Positions 52,801 through 61,812 of a stretch of 64,000 bases of DNA are shown here, piece by piece. This DNA is from Squalus acanthias. Its lineage: Eukaryota. Position 1 is the stretch's first letter; each line of letters starts with the position of its first letter. Below the pieces are notes generated by a model. It searched no databases, was not told the DNA's origin, and saw only the letters and a list, made by a program, of their open reading frames with translations. The stretch covers positions 40,922,001 to 40,986,000 of the forward strand of contig CM059432.1 of assembly GCA_030390025.1 (NCBI GenBank). The letters are read 5' to 3'. The position numbers and the translations under genes are program-made.

Positions 52801-55800
52801 GGTTCCTTTTTCCCCCATGCAGGACATTTCGCTGATCTTGAATAACTCAACTGAGGGATCCGGTTCTGATCTGGAACAGCTGTCCAATTCCCTGCCAAAT
52901 GGAGAACTTTTGTCACCAATATGTGACAGTTTCTTGCAAGCACTAGCTAACAGTGAGACCACTTTCACCACAGTACTTACCTGTCTCAGGACCATGATGT
53001 TTTTAACAGAACACGAATATGGGTTTTTCTATTTGAAGAGGTAACGGTATTAGAAACGCTTTCTAAGCTTTTACTTGAAACCTTTTTAGACTACCGAATG
53101 AGGAATTTTGTTCAGATTGTGATTTTGCAATAATTTAGCACTAAAATGATAATCTGCTGATCTTGTGGAGCATAATGAAGGAGACACACATCCTATATTC
53201 CTCTGTACCTATACTATCCAAATACTTCAACGCACCAGTCTGAATTCAAGGTTAGGTCAGGGGACAGGTTTTCACTGGTATACTTTATGATTCTGTTTCA
53301 ATTTCTGGTAGTGATCCCATCCCAGATACCTTGTAGAATGCTTTTAGGAACAATCTCAAATCTGTCAAACATGTTTGCGCAGTTGTAAACCACAAATGGA
53401 CAGTTTGTAGGGAGCAGTCTAAATGCCAAATTAGATCATGAGGCAGGTTGAAGCTTTGCTATGGCATTGAACTTTGTTGCTTGAAGACAAAACATTCATT
53501 GTACAGTTTGAAAGACTATTTGCAAAATTCATTTGGAGTGATTGGCCAAATAGAAAATTATTAGAATCAGTGTTCCCCGTAATTTTGTTTGGCTCCTTTA
53601 AGGGGCAGCGTGGCCCATTCACAGTTCCGCGCATGCACGATCTTTAACATTCCAAAAGCCGGTCCCGGGCTGCGCAGGAATGGTAGAGATAGGGAACGTT
53701 GATTAGAATATTCTTTAGACAAACGAGTATTTTCTAAAGTTCCGGAAACTGCTTTCAAATTGTCCATTACCTTGATGGTTATGGCCTAATTTGTGATCAC
53801 CAGTATGGTTTTTGGTATGGCTGTTCCATTGGTGAAATCTTGCCGGATATGTACTTCTAGGCTCTGCACTTCAACAGTTTGCTAAATCATCTCTCTAAAT
53901 GCAAGTCGTCGTTGTTGTCATCTGTTACAAAGATTTTTCCAGGGTCTGGCAGTGTACTTCCAAACATATTCATCATATGGCCTCCCACCAAAACTATGTC
54001 TTGTTTCCTCTGAAAGCACTATCTCTGCTATAGTTGATGGCTAATCTCCTTACTCTTCTATTAAGTTAGGGGTTCTTTACAGCTCTGTTATTTCACCCAC
54101 ACAGTTCTTCTTTCATATTAATGACCTTCTGCACTCATCATGAAAGTCTACTTGCTTTTTTGCTTATGATACCACTCTTTGTTCAGATCTCATGTTCTCA
54201 GTACTCATAATTTCCAGACCTTTCATAGTGCAGTGACTGAAGGCACTACATCTTCATCTCATCCATACCATTCAAAGGGGCAGTGAAAATCCTGTTTATT
54301 TCAATTCTTGAAAGCCACAGTGTCTTCATATTTCTTGTAAGTCTAACCAACAGCTGACACCTTTTATTTTGACAAATGCACTCTTAGATTTTCATCTATC
54401 AACATTCTTGGCATTATTATCTTCTCTGACTTCAAATAGAAACCCCACATCTCCTCCATCATAAATCTTCCTCCATCATAAATCTTCCTCCATCATAAAT
54501 CTTCCTCAAGAATCTTTTGTTCCAAGCATTTCTTTTCCCTTCAAAAACTTTTAATTCTCTCAAGTCTGTCCATAATTTAATACCTTTCCCATATCTGAGA
54601 GAGGTTTTCTCTGGTCTTTTTCTGACTCCTGGACAGGATACAAGAAAAACCACGTCATCTACTGGTCTCATGTCTAGCTTCCGATCTCCCTCTAACTGTT
54701 GCAGCCTTTCTTGTTGTCTTCTATTTTACTGCTGCTACTATGGTCACTGCTTCTCTGAACTTTCCTCGCTTCGTCCTTCTAATTTGATTTCCCTCTGACC
54801 TTCTGTACCTGCAATCATCTATGTTCTTCTGATACCTGGTTACTTCCTGTCCTCTGCATTATTGCTTCATCATGGATGGCTGTTGATTTTGCCCTGGCTT
54901 CTTTTCTCTACTACCAGCCATCTGGTTAAATCCCATCTCTCCCCTGCACCCATCACTCTCGCCTCTAGCAACAAGTACGAGGAGCTCATGGACTTGTTTG
55001 ACACCTCCATTCAGATGCCTCTGCTGCATTCCCCTCTTCTCCTTGCCCTATGATTATGACTGTGGTGCATTATCCCTCCTTGTTCTTCTTGACCTCGCTA
55101 CAGCTTTTGACGCAGCCAACCACACCACCTTCCTCCAAAGCCGCCTCCGTTGTCTAGCTCAGTGGTACTGCCCTCATTTGGTTCCACTCTTTCTTATCCA
55201 ATTGTAACCAGAGCATTTCCACCAATGACTTCTCTAACCGCCCTCACACTGTTACCTCTGGAGACCCCAAAAATCGATCCTTGGCCCCCTCCTATTCCTC
55301 ATCTAGCTGCTGCCCCTTGGTAACATCGTTCGAAAACTTAGGGTCAGCTTCCACATACGCTGGCGAAACCCAGCTCTACCTGTCTCGACCCCTCCACTGG
55401 CTCTAAGTTGTCAGACTGCTTGCCTAACTCCACTCTGGATGAGACACAGAAACTTAGGAAGACCAAAGCCATCATTTTCTGCCGCCACCACAAACTCTGT
55501 ACTCACGCTACTAATTGCATCCCACGACCTGGCCGCTGTCCGGTTGACTACATTTTGCCATCTGTCTCCCTGCTTTCAAAAACATGCTCAAAATCATTCT
55601 CTTTAACCATGTTTTTAGCCCCTAAACCTAATCCTTTCTCAATTTCCTTTTTCCCTTCTCAGTTCAGTATTCATTTTCTTTTACTCCTCAGTGTAAATTA
55701 CTTTGAGAAATATTTTTGAGAAAACTATGGGAAGTATTTGGCCTGACTGCCACTCTTTATAAGCTTCAGGCAGACTCTCTGATTTAAACATGACAGGTTG

Positions 55801-58800
55801 ATAAGTACCTACAAAAATGGCTGGGAGCAAGGAAATTTAAATAACTTATTTTTTTTTAAAGTAAGACCTATTTTTGCTCCAATCTCTCCTTGTCCAAAAG
55901 ACTCATGTAGGGAAACATATTGGGGCTCTCTGAAGCTTTCTCTAGTACTTGCTCAAATTTTTCAGAGTAGCCCGTTGTGATCCAGTGGTACAATGGAGAC
56001 CACTACATAGCAACAGCAAGGGAGTTGTGACCTCCTCCATGTTCCTGCCAAGAAACATCTACTGAAACCTTATTATGAACGACCTAAAGTTTGCCTTGGT
56101 ATGTGGGTACAGCATACATCCCAGAGATTTTTGAATGGCATACGTGCCTGATAATTTCAGATTTGTGAGTACTGCAGGTGAAGTTCTTCAAGGTAACCTG
56201 TCTAGGGAGCAAGTAAAATAAATGCCAAAGAGTTTCAAGAAACATCAGTAGAGATGCTTAAAACAATACAGGCATGGTTCTTTGGGTGGTGTGCCTTCCT
56301 ATGGTCAAGTAACTAACTACACACTGGAGTGTTCAGTGATCAGTTCCATTCGCAACTCCTCAGATAATGAAGCAGTCCTTGCCCGCATGCAGTAAGGCCT
56401 GGATGACATTCAGGCTGATAAGTGGCAAGTAACATTCATGCCACACAAGTGCTAGTCATTGACTATCTCCAACAAGAGAGAGTCTAGCCACCTCCCCTTG
56501 ACATTCAACGGCATTACCATCGCCAAATCCACCACCATCAACATCCTGGGGTCATTATTGACCAGAAACTTAACTGGACCAGCCACATAAATACTGTGGC
56601 TACAAGAGCAGGTAAGAGGCTGGGTATTCTGCGGCGAGTCTCACCTCCTGACTCCCCAAAGCCTTTCCAAGGCACAAGTCAGGAGTATGATGGAATACTC
56701 TCCATTTGCCTGGATGAGTGCAGCTCCAACAACACTCAAGAAGCTCGACACCATCCAAGACAAAGCAGCCCATCCACCACCTTAAACATTCACTTCCTCC
56801 ACCACCGGCGTACCGTGGCTGCAGTGTGTACCATCTACAAGATGCACTGCAGCAACTGGCCAAGGCTTATTCAACAGCATCTCCTAAACTGACGACCTCT
56901 TCCGCCTAGAAGGACAAGGGCAGTAAGTGCATGGGAAGACCATCACCTCCAAGTTCCCCTCCAAGTCACACACCACACTGACTTGGAAATATATTGCCAT
57001 TTCTTCATTGTCGCTGGGTCAAAATCCTGGAACTCCCTCCCTTTCAGCACTGTGAGAGTACCTTCACCACACGGACTGCAGCGGTTCAAGAATGCGGCTG
57101 ACCACCACCACCTCAAGTGCAATTAGGGATGGGCAATAAATGTTGGCCTTGCCAGCGGCGCCCACTTCTCGTGAACGAATAAAAAAAAAAAGCTTCTTCA
57201 ACCGTTACAGTTCAGGGCTCTCACTTCTGCCGGATTGGCAGTAAGGTCCAGGCCATTAAGGAGCACTTTAATGTTGTCATTCCATCTTGTTCTGGGTCTA
57301 CCTCGTGGCCTGTTCCATGTTTATGGTGGTTTGGTGGTAAAGATCTGGCAAGATCGGGCTTGGGGTGGCACGTGAGATGTTCATATCAGAGGAGTTGGTA
57401 ACGATCAATCAATTGGGACAGTGGTGGATGATTAGCCAGGTTGCGTACATTCTCATTTAAGGATTTGTCTTTAGAGTGCAAAGCGATCTAGAATCAAATC
57501 CATCAATGCGCCTATTCATTACTTTGGTGTGTATCAACATTTCTGAGGTGTATTTAAATATAGCTATTGCTAATGCGTGCCGTACTTTGAGATTACGACG
57601 TGTTCGATCTCCATATATGGGTTAGAGTTCATTGCAGAGCTTGCAAGTACAATGTGCCTACAGCAGTCAGGGAAACAGCCTCCATTGCGAGGAAATCATG
57701 CTACTTACTAAGTAAATGAATTGTGTCATTGGCCCGGATTTTGCGGTCAACGGCGAATGAATGGCGCTCGGCATTCATTACACTCCCAGCTGCCCACACA
57801 CAGACTTTTAGTGGGCTTTTGTTTGGCAACTTAGTTATTAGAAATCCATTTTAGCATGGCGCCCTCTAGGGGATCTGGGACCTGTGTGAGCAGGGCAAGC
57901 AACAGCATGTCTCTTCAACTAATCAGATTGAAGAATCCTTACTGAGCCATGCAGTCTAAACCAGGAAGTGTAAGTTAAAATATTTAATTCAGTGTAAAAA
58001 CATGTACAGAAAGCGAAATAAAGATGGGATTAAGACAGAGATAAATGAGACAGTAAGAAAAAGTAAAAAAAAAAAAGTTTTAATTTAAAAAAAAATCTCC
58101 AATAATTAAAATCTGAAGGAATGAGACTCCACTCTTGTAAAAGTAAATTTTCTGTGCCAGAGAGGTGGTTTGGTGGTAATTAAGACTTATCACGCTGTTA
58201 AAAATTACACTTGAATGGACAAGCCCTAACTTTTTCTGGCCTGTTTGTGGGTATCGAATGGGTAAGTACCGCAACTTCATTCCCTTCATGTGTTTGAATG
58301 TTGAGTGTCTCGGCGAGGTACCAGTATCGCAAAGCAAATCGGACAGCAACTTCCTGATTTTCATGTTGAACCGTGTATGTGCGGATGCTAGAAGTTGCTG
58401 TCTGATTTACTCCATAATAACGGTGAGCGCTGATAGCTTCACCGTTATTATTACTGCAAAATCCGGGCCATTGAATCTACTTTGATGGATCGTCATTTAT
58501 GATGAAGGTAGCTGGAATGATATCGCGCCCTAGCAATTGCACTTTCATCTTGTTCTAGCTGACCCTAAAGACCAAGGCTAGATGACTGTTGGTGAAAGAT
58601 TTGTCGTGCTTCGATAAGAGTCTCCACGAACTCATTGCCTAGGCTGGTCCCACATCCACTTTTTCTTTTGTTGACTTCATGTTGTAGTCAACACCTGACG
58701 AGAATAAGTTTGGGGTGAGAACACAGCCCTGACTTACTCCGATATAAAGTTGAAAGGCTCAGAAAACTTTGTCAATATCGTCCTCATTTTCAGCACAAAA

Positions 58801-61461
58801 CTATACTGTGAATTGGAACTATCAACTGACAGATAGGAAACATAAAATTGCTTACAAGAAAATGCACACTTTCAACATCTAGCAAAACTCCAACTTTGGA
58901 GACCGCGTTAATAAAAAAAAAGGCTCTATCCACAATCGGTTTGAAAGATGAAGGATGACAAAAGTTAACACTGTAAATTTGTTATATAATTTTCCTATGT
59001 AATTTCTCTGCAGAAAATTGCAAGGTAGATTGGATTTCTTTTGCAGTGACCTGTATGTAAAATGCATTAATTTGTAGAATATCACACCAGGAGGTTTTTC
59101 TTCTTCCTAGCCTCTTGTTACATTAGTGCCAACAACGATGATTCATTTGTTTTTTTCAAATTAGTGGAATTGTGCCAGAGGCTTACAACTGCTTCTACAA
59201 AATCATGTACTGAACAAGGGATTAGTCATGTAATCCTATTTACTTTTGGGGTGGAAAATGTACCTTTCATAAAACAGAATTGGAAATGATTTTCTCTTCG
59301 AGGGAAGGTGAAGCGAAGATGGGAACTTAGTTTAAAATTTTGGGAGTTTGAGAGTAAAATTTGACCTGTGCCTTTTAGAAACAACTGTTCTAGATGTCAA
59401 GTTTTGAACTCCACATTTTTGTGTTAACTTCCTGCTTTCAAATCCATCCATCTGCCATTGGGTCAGCCTGGTTATCCAGCTGGTCTCGGTAGAATTTGCG
59501 ATGATTGCTTTAGGCTTCAATTATTTTTTCTCTTTGCACTGGTAATTGTTTCAAGTGAAGTGTATAATATATCTACATTACTGAAAGTAGGGTAATTTGC
59601 TTTTATTTATGGTAATAGACTGATTGTAGAATGTTTGGTTCCAATGTATTATGTCCATGTGTTAATAATAGCCTCAGCTTTTACTGAATATAAGCAGTTA
59701 TAAGGTAGCCTATGTTCAAAGCTGCCACATAACAAGGAGCGCCCCAGCTCACTGTGGAAAGGAATTTTGGATTAGCTTTTCATGCCTTTTAGTCTTCCTA
59801 CAATGTGCAGGTTTCATGCTCCTGTCAATATTTAACTGTCTGCCTGTGGTATCGAACCAAAAGTAGGTGAAGTCAGGTGTCTGATGGGACTGTTTTGCTC
59901 TGTATTGTAATGATTGTTATAAATCTAGGATGCAGCTGGTTCTTGTTTTGTCATTTTTTGATTTGGCTATTTTTAATGTTGGATTTTCTTCGTTTAAATC
60001 GCAAATTTCCCCAGATTTCATGGAAATTGGATGTTTTACTGGACTTTGTTAACCTAGTTTAAGATGAAGTTAATACTTCTTTTGTATTCGAAGAACTTAA
60101 AAAAACAATTTATATAGTGTTTTTAATATAGAAAAATGTCCCAAACGCTTCAGAGGTGCAATTATTAAAAAGAATGCCTAGCCAAAGGAGGAGTTATTAG
60201 GAGGGGTGACCTAAAGCTTGGTCCAAGAGATGGGTTTTAAGGAGGGTCTTGAAAGAGAAGTCGGAGATGGAGAGGTGATTAGGGAGGGAATTCCACAACC
60301 TGGAACAGATGGCTGGAGGGGATTACTGAGGTAGGAAGGGACATGACCATAAAGGGATTTAAACACAGTGATGAGAATTTTAAAATGGAGGCATTGAGGG
60401 CTTGTGAGACAATGCAGGTCAGGAAGGACAGGGATGATGGGTGAGTGGGACTTGGTGTGGGATAGGATACAGGCAGCAGAGTTTGGAGGAGCTGAAGTTT
60501 CCGGATGGTGGAGGATGGAGTCCGGCCAGGAGAGGATTGAATAATCGAGTCTGGAAGTGAGAAAAGCATCGATGAGGGCCTCAGCAGCAGATGGGCCAAT
60601 GGTGGACAATGTTACGGACGTGAAAGTAGGTGATCTGTATGATGGAGAGGGAACTATTTACAGTGTCAACGAGCATAGGGCCAGGAGGGAAGTTTTATGG
60701 TTGCATGGAGGGACGGTTGACTTGGTGGGTAAGCAGGAGAGGCAGCTACAACAAATGGTCTCAACCTTAGTTACAGTCCAGGAGTTCTTGGAGATGAGAG
60801 TGGAAGGGGCAAGGAAGAAGAGTTTAGGGAGAGGGTTGCTAATAACGGCTCCAACACAACCTCTGTGGAACCTCTCGACAAACTTTCCAATCTGAGAAAC
60901 TTCCTTTAACTCCTATCCTTTGCTTTTAGTTCGCCAACTGTCTCTCTATCCATGTGGCCACATTTCCTCTTTTTCTTTGCTGTAAGCCTTTTAAGTGGTT
61001 CCGTATCAAATGCTGTTTGAAAATCCACATAAACAACATCCATTGCAATTCCTGCATGGGATCTGGTACCCTGCCTCCCCAACAAAAGAAGGCATAATGA
61101 TAGCTGTAACCAAAGGCATTAATTTGCAGTTGGGTCAATAATCTACTGTAAATAATGCAGACGTCTCATCGATAAATGCAACAAAAAGTTGTTTTAAGTT
61201 GTACCCGAAAGTCATGTTTTAGGTTACACCTATGTCAATTTTGAATGTGAAATGATAAATTATGAAAATGTTTGACTTTGAATATGCAGTTAGTCTACCT
61301 TTTAAAACAATTTTTTCTTTCTGAATAGCGCTCTGAGACAATACAATAATGCCCTCTATTGTCTACTGAAACGTGTGGTTCATAATTTCAACAAAGAAAT
61401 GGCTGAGTTGGCTTCCTCATTGTTAGATTTTCTGCGGCAGATCATAAACACAGACAATTTG
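10764..61461 (+). CDS. VIRMA: Protein virilizer homolog (VIRMA/KIAA1429), partial spliced CDS, 16 exons in window; first exon upstream and 3' exons downstream of the window
   Basis: Hand-spliced exons 10764-10879, 11182-11268, 12760-12808, 15748-15973, 17543-17662, 18937-19185, 20202-21351, 25219-25710, 28424-28578, 34391-34473, 38964-39066, 44254-44798, 49205-49440, 49720-49972, 52823-53040 and 61329-61461 give one open frame of 1405 codons. It is colinear with human VIRMA as recalled ([20 protein letters not shown] ... [19 protein letters not shown] ... SLCDQDI). Confidence 0.97.
10891..10910 (+). promoter_or_regulatory. G-run cluster / predicted G-quadruplex 11 nt into intron 2
   Basis: ggggagggtggggcgggggg: four G-tracts of 3 or more with 1-nt loops. 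Confidence 0.45.
11182..11268 (+). CDS. VIRMA: VIRMA exon 3 ([29 protein letters not shown])
   Basis: ttcctcag acceptor, AG|gtaagg donor, 87 bp. Confidence 0.96.
12760..12808 (+). CDS. VIRMA: VIRMA exon 4 ([16 protein letters not shown])
   Basis: tttcctcag acceptor, AAG|gtaaga donor, 49 bp. Confidence 0.95.
13146..15414 (-). mobile_element. L2-clade LINE, 5'-truncated, with 17-bp TSD
   Basis: ORF2 pieces 14030..15409 and 13428..14519 ([28 protein letters not shown]); (gtt)n tail; attgcttgccattttac at 13129-13145 and 15415-15431. Confidence 0.95.
15748..15973 (+). CDS. VIRMA: VIRMA exon 5 ([21 protein letters not shown] ... polyP-polyQ ... LKRNTKH)
   Basis: ccacag acceptor, G|gtaaga donor, 226 bp; lies within ORF 15739..15984. 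Confidence 0.96.
15847..15945 (+). repeat. Coding P11 tract followed by Q10-L-Q4-H-Q-L-Q4 (CAA/CAG) in VIRMA exon 5
   Basis: Direct translation. Confidence 0.95.
16320..16560 (-). mobile_element. LF-SINE-like relic
   Basis: Reverse complement has a tRNA-like head tggtgcagtgg and tgtgaaatgaagtttgatagttcctagt...acaaaactggcc; related to 51560-51985. Confidence 0.4.
17543..17662 (+). CDS. VIRMA: VIRMA exon 6 ([40 protein letters not shown])
   Basis: cttttag acceptor, G|gtaaat donor, 120 bp. Confidence 0.94.
18937..19185 (+). CDS. VIRMA: VIRMA exon 7 ([12 protein letters not shown] plus acidic tract)
   Basis: tttcag acceptor, G|gtatgt donor, 249 bp. Confidence 0.94.
19930..20118 (-). mobile_element. 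Diverged partial copy of the tRNA SINE at 50877
   Basis: caggcctctggattactagt is the reverse complement of actagtaatccagaggcctg. Confidence 0.55.
20202..21351 (+). CDS. VIRMA: VIRMA exon 8 ([20 protein letters not shown] ... [15 protein letters not shown])
   Basis: ttttgtag acceptor (NAGNAG), AG|gtaagt donor, 1150 bp; ORF 20273..21355. Confidence 0.96.
21414..21736 (-). mobile_element. 3' end of a CR1-group LINE (same family as 56340-57190)
   Basis: Near-identical reverse complement of 56880-57190 (SWNSLPNS motif, caataaatgctggccttgccagcgacgccc tail). Confidence 0.85.
22430..22718 (+). mobile_element. CR1 3' end fragment
   Basis: [14 protein letters not shown] terminus, aaatggcctccttctgtg stem-loop, tatgattc tail. 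Confidence 0.8.
22850..24560 (-). mobile_element. Highly decayed ancient CR1-like LINE
   Basis: Scattered similarity to the minus-strand CR1 copies (e.g. attattatggtcacttg, antisense of SDHN); T-rich skew. Confidence 0.4.
25219..25710 (+). CDS. VIRMA: VIRMA exon 9 ([18 protein letters not shown] ... [14 protein letters not shown])
   Basis: tcttgcag acceptor, GG|gtaatg donor, 492 bp. Confidence 0.96.
26880..27710 (+). mobile_element. Decayed L2 LINE 3' part
   Basis: Residual [11 protein letters not shown] and ctattggttcccattg (HWLP) similarity to the young L2 copies. Confidence 0.6.
28424..28578 (+). CDS. VIRMA: VIRMA exon 10 ([18 protein letters not shown] ... [10 protein letters not shown])
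   Basis: ttccag acceptor, G|gtaaag donor, 155 bp. Confidence 0.95.
29195..29464 (+). mobile_element. Short CR1 3' end with a tandemly doubled 3'UTR module
   Basis: [26 protein letters not shown] terminus, then two ggcggagc...ggcc...cct..ttctt.tgttctt modules. Confidence 0.8.
29500..29835. repeat. Degenerate C-rich minisatellite-like tract
   Basis: About 7 recurrences of (g)tgctccca-like words in C/A-rich sequence. Confidence 0.45.
31622..31728 (+). mobile_element. Second-subfamily CR1 3' tip replacing the RT core of the host CR1
   Basis: gatgggccaaatggcctccttctgcgctgtatgattct; the host jumps from HPRVLKE to RRWQMEYN. Confidence 0.75.
32132..33605 (-). mobile_element. Nested antiparallel CR1 (internally deleted) with 6-bp TSD
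   Basis: tagaat at 32126-32131 and 33606-33611; 3'UTR at 32132; MGDFN endonuclease piece 33212-33445. Confidence 0.88.
32506..32606. mobile_element. 101-bp hairpin insertion (Penelope-like mini element) with 12-bp TSD
   Basis: taatttctttca at 32494-32505 and 32607-32618; perfect 21-bp inverted repeat; family assignment is from recall. Confidence 0.75.
34391..34473 (+). CDS. VIRMA: VIRMA exon 11 ([28 protein letters not shown])
   Basis: tttttag acceptor, CAG|gtgagt donor, 83 bp; absent from the ORF track. Confidence 0.95.
35005..35405 (-). mobile_element. CR1 3' fragment
   Basis: Reverse complement of the CR1 terminus; homologous to 415-563. Confidence 0.75.
35410..35845 (+). mobile_element. 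Decayed Penelope-like 3' relic
   Basis: gctgcctgacctgttgag...cattt...catttgcagtatttt end motif shared with the 36115-36325 palindrome. Confidence 0.45.
36115..36325. mobile_element. Penelope-like palindromic pseudo-LTR with a degenerate hammerhead core
   Basis: Imperfect arms aaaaacagaaaatagtgga / tccagcattttctattttt; CTGATGA-agggttacaccc-AAAAC at 36240-36263. Confidence 0.6.
37394..38132 (+). mobile_element. CR1 3' part, third subfamily with a long 3'UTR
   Basis: ORF 37394..37669 [15 protein letters not shown]...RRLRGDLIE; tail cgtatgttct. Confidence 0.88.
38964..39066 (+). CDS. VIRMA: VIRMA exon 12 ([34 protein letters not shown])
   Basis: ttttag acceptor, G|gtatga donor, 103 bp. Confidence 0.95.
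39433..40971 (+). pseudogene. Harbinger Myb/SANT-like DNA-binding protein gene, 3 exons (39433-39669, 39951 to about 40100, 40268-40971)
   Basis: [20 protein letters not shown]...[13 protein letters not shown]|gtgagt; cag|[16 protein letters not shown]...[10 protein letters not shown]; stop at codon 3, frameshifts in exon 2. Confidence 0.85.
41381..42422 (-). pseudogene. HARBI1-like (DDE_Tnp_4) transposase, disrupted
   Basis: [57 protein letters not shown] and [18 protein letters not shown]; several stops and frameshifts. Confidence 0.93.
43054..43810. mobile_element. PIF/Harbinger-type MITE, copy 2
   Basis: Imperfect TIR gggccataatttgctg / cagaaaattctggacc; internal atgagactccac motif shared with copies 1 (inverted) and 3. 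Confidence 0.8.
44254..44798 (+). CDS. VIRMA: VIRMA exon 13 ([20 protein letters not shown] ... PLPMQTTQ)
   Basis: tcactag acceptor, CAG|gtgaga donor, 545 bp. Confidence 0.96.
45770..46100 (+). mobile_element. Family X SINE copy
   Basis: ggacaggatcaggctt...gaatagc...aggctcacacatgaaaatggc. Confidence 0.6.
46730..47115 (-). mobile_element. Family X SINE copy
   Basis: Antiparallel similarity to 45770-46100. Confidence 0.5.
47666..48296. mobile_element. Non-autonomous TIR element flanked by TA, carrying a histone H2A fragment
   Basis: ta|caatccccaccattta (47664-47681) versus taaatggtagggaatg|ta (48281-48298): 16/18 inverted match; CpG-rich interior. Confidence 0.7.
48057..48155 (-). pseudogene. 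Histone H2A core fragment (about V54-K95) with two in-frame deletions
   Basis: [33 protein letters not shown] versus canonical [42 protein letters not shown]; 27/33 identical. Confidence 0.9.
48325..48866 (+). mobile_element. L2 LINE 3' fragment
   Basis: [20 protein letters not shown]; tail ttaaaggcgctatgtaaaagcaagttgttg. Confidence 0.9.
49205..49440 (+). CDS. VIRMA: VIRMA exon 14 ([21 protein letters not shown] ... [25 protein letters not shown])
   Basis: ttgacag acceptor, AG|gtaatc donor, 236 bp. Confidence 0.95.
49720..49972 (+). CDS. VIRMA: VIRMA exon 15 ([30 protein letters not shown] ... QSLCDQ)
   Basis: ctcacag acceptor, CAG|gtaatt donor, 253 bp. Confidence 0.95.
50877..51310 (+). 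mobile_element. tRNA-derived SINE sharing its 3' tail with the LINE at 56340-57190
   Basis: A/B-box-like head (tagtggtt...gagttcaaatccc), central core, tail gcagcggttca...gggcaataaatgctggcctt...gaacgaataaaaaa. Confidence 0.85.
51560..51985 (+). mobile_element. LF-SINE-like element
   Basis: aaatgagtttgggcagtctcagtc, cacaaaactgcccctaatttggcacc, gaggcacaatgttggggcag and an A-rich end resemble the recalled LF-SINE consensus. Confidence 0.5.
52823..53040 (+). CDS. VIRMA: VIRMA exon 16 ([26 protein letters not shown] ... [10 protein letters not shown])
   Basis: catgcag acceptor, AG|gtaacg donor, 218 bp. Confidence 0.95.
53568..53701. mobile_element. hAT-type MITE (134 bp)
   Basis: 8-bp TSD attagaat (53560-53567, 53702-53709); TIR cagtgttccc / gggaacgttg. 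Confidence 0.88.
53800..54830 (+). mobile_element. Heavily decayed non-LTR RT of a distinct family
   Basis: Residual [23 protein letters not shown] and [13 protein letters not shown] motifs. Confidence 0.6.
54453..54507. repeat. Perfect tandem repeat, 3.2 x 17 bp (cctccatcataaatctt)
   Basis: Units start at 54453, 54470 and 54487. Confidence 0.9.
54885..55720 (+). mobile_element. Internally deleted L2 LINE
   Basis: [24 protein letters not shown] and [10 protein letters not shown] remnants. Confidence 0.8.
56340..57190 (+). mobile_element. CR1-group LINE 3' part (SINE partner family)
   Basis: [46 protein letters not shown]; poly-A end. Confidence 0.88.
57200..58790 (-). mobile_element. Decayed RTE-like LINE, split by MITE copy 3
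   Basis: Minus-strand remnants [13 protein letters not shown] (about 58700-58740) and TQFIYL...GGC...LASSAMNS (about 57620-57730). Confidence 0.55.
57731..58469. mobile_element. PIF/Harbinger-type MITE, copy 3
   Basis: Perfect 14-bp TIR ggcccggattttgc / gcaaaatccgggcc; 3-bp TSD att/att. Confidence 0.9.
60095..60850 (-). mobile_element. Internally deleted L2 LINE
   Basis: [33 protein letters not shown]. Confidence 0.8.
61329..61461 (+). CDS. VIRMA: VIRMA exon 17 ([44 protein letters not shown])
   Basis: ctgaatag acceptor, TTG|gtaagt donor, 133 bp; absent from the ORF track. Confidence 0.94.
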
Positions 61462-61812
61462 GTAAGTGACAGAAATATGTTTTGTTTCACTGATTTATCA
61501 GTTTTAAATACATAACTGTAATTGCAACACTTATAAATTTAGTGCTATGTGTCTTTAATACTTATAATCCTCACCATTTTTTGGGAATGATTGTTAAGGC
61601 TCAACCCCTTCAATCTTGATATTTACTGTGAAATCAGGAAGTCTTCAAACCTTAATAACTGGAGTTTTGTGATTTTTAAAAATATGTTTTTACATAATAT
61701 GTTAAAATGTCTTGAATCAAATTGTGTCAGAACTACCATTAGATTATATTTTGAAGCAAAAAACAGTGGGTGTTGATTCTCATTATGTTGCACAGAATGT
61801 ATGACTTTTGAA

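Noticed and set aside
54453..54507. CRISPR-like array
   Set aside because: Direct tandem units with no spacers, in eukaryotic context.
10880..61328. U12-type or non-canonical introns
   Set aside because: All 15 introns are GT-AG and none has the GTATCCTT donor.
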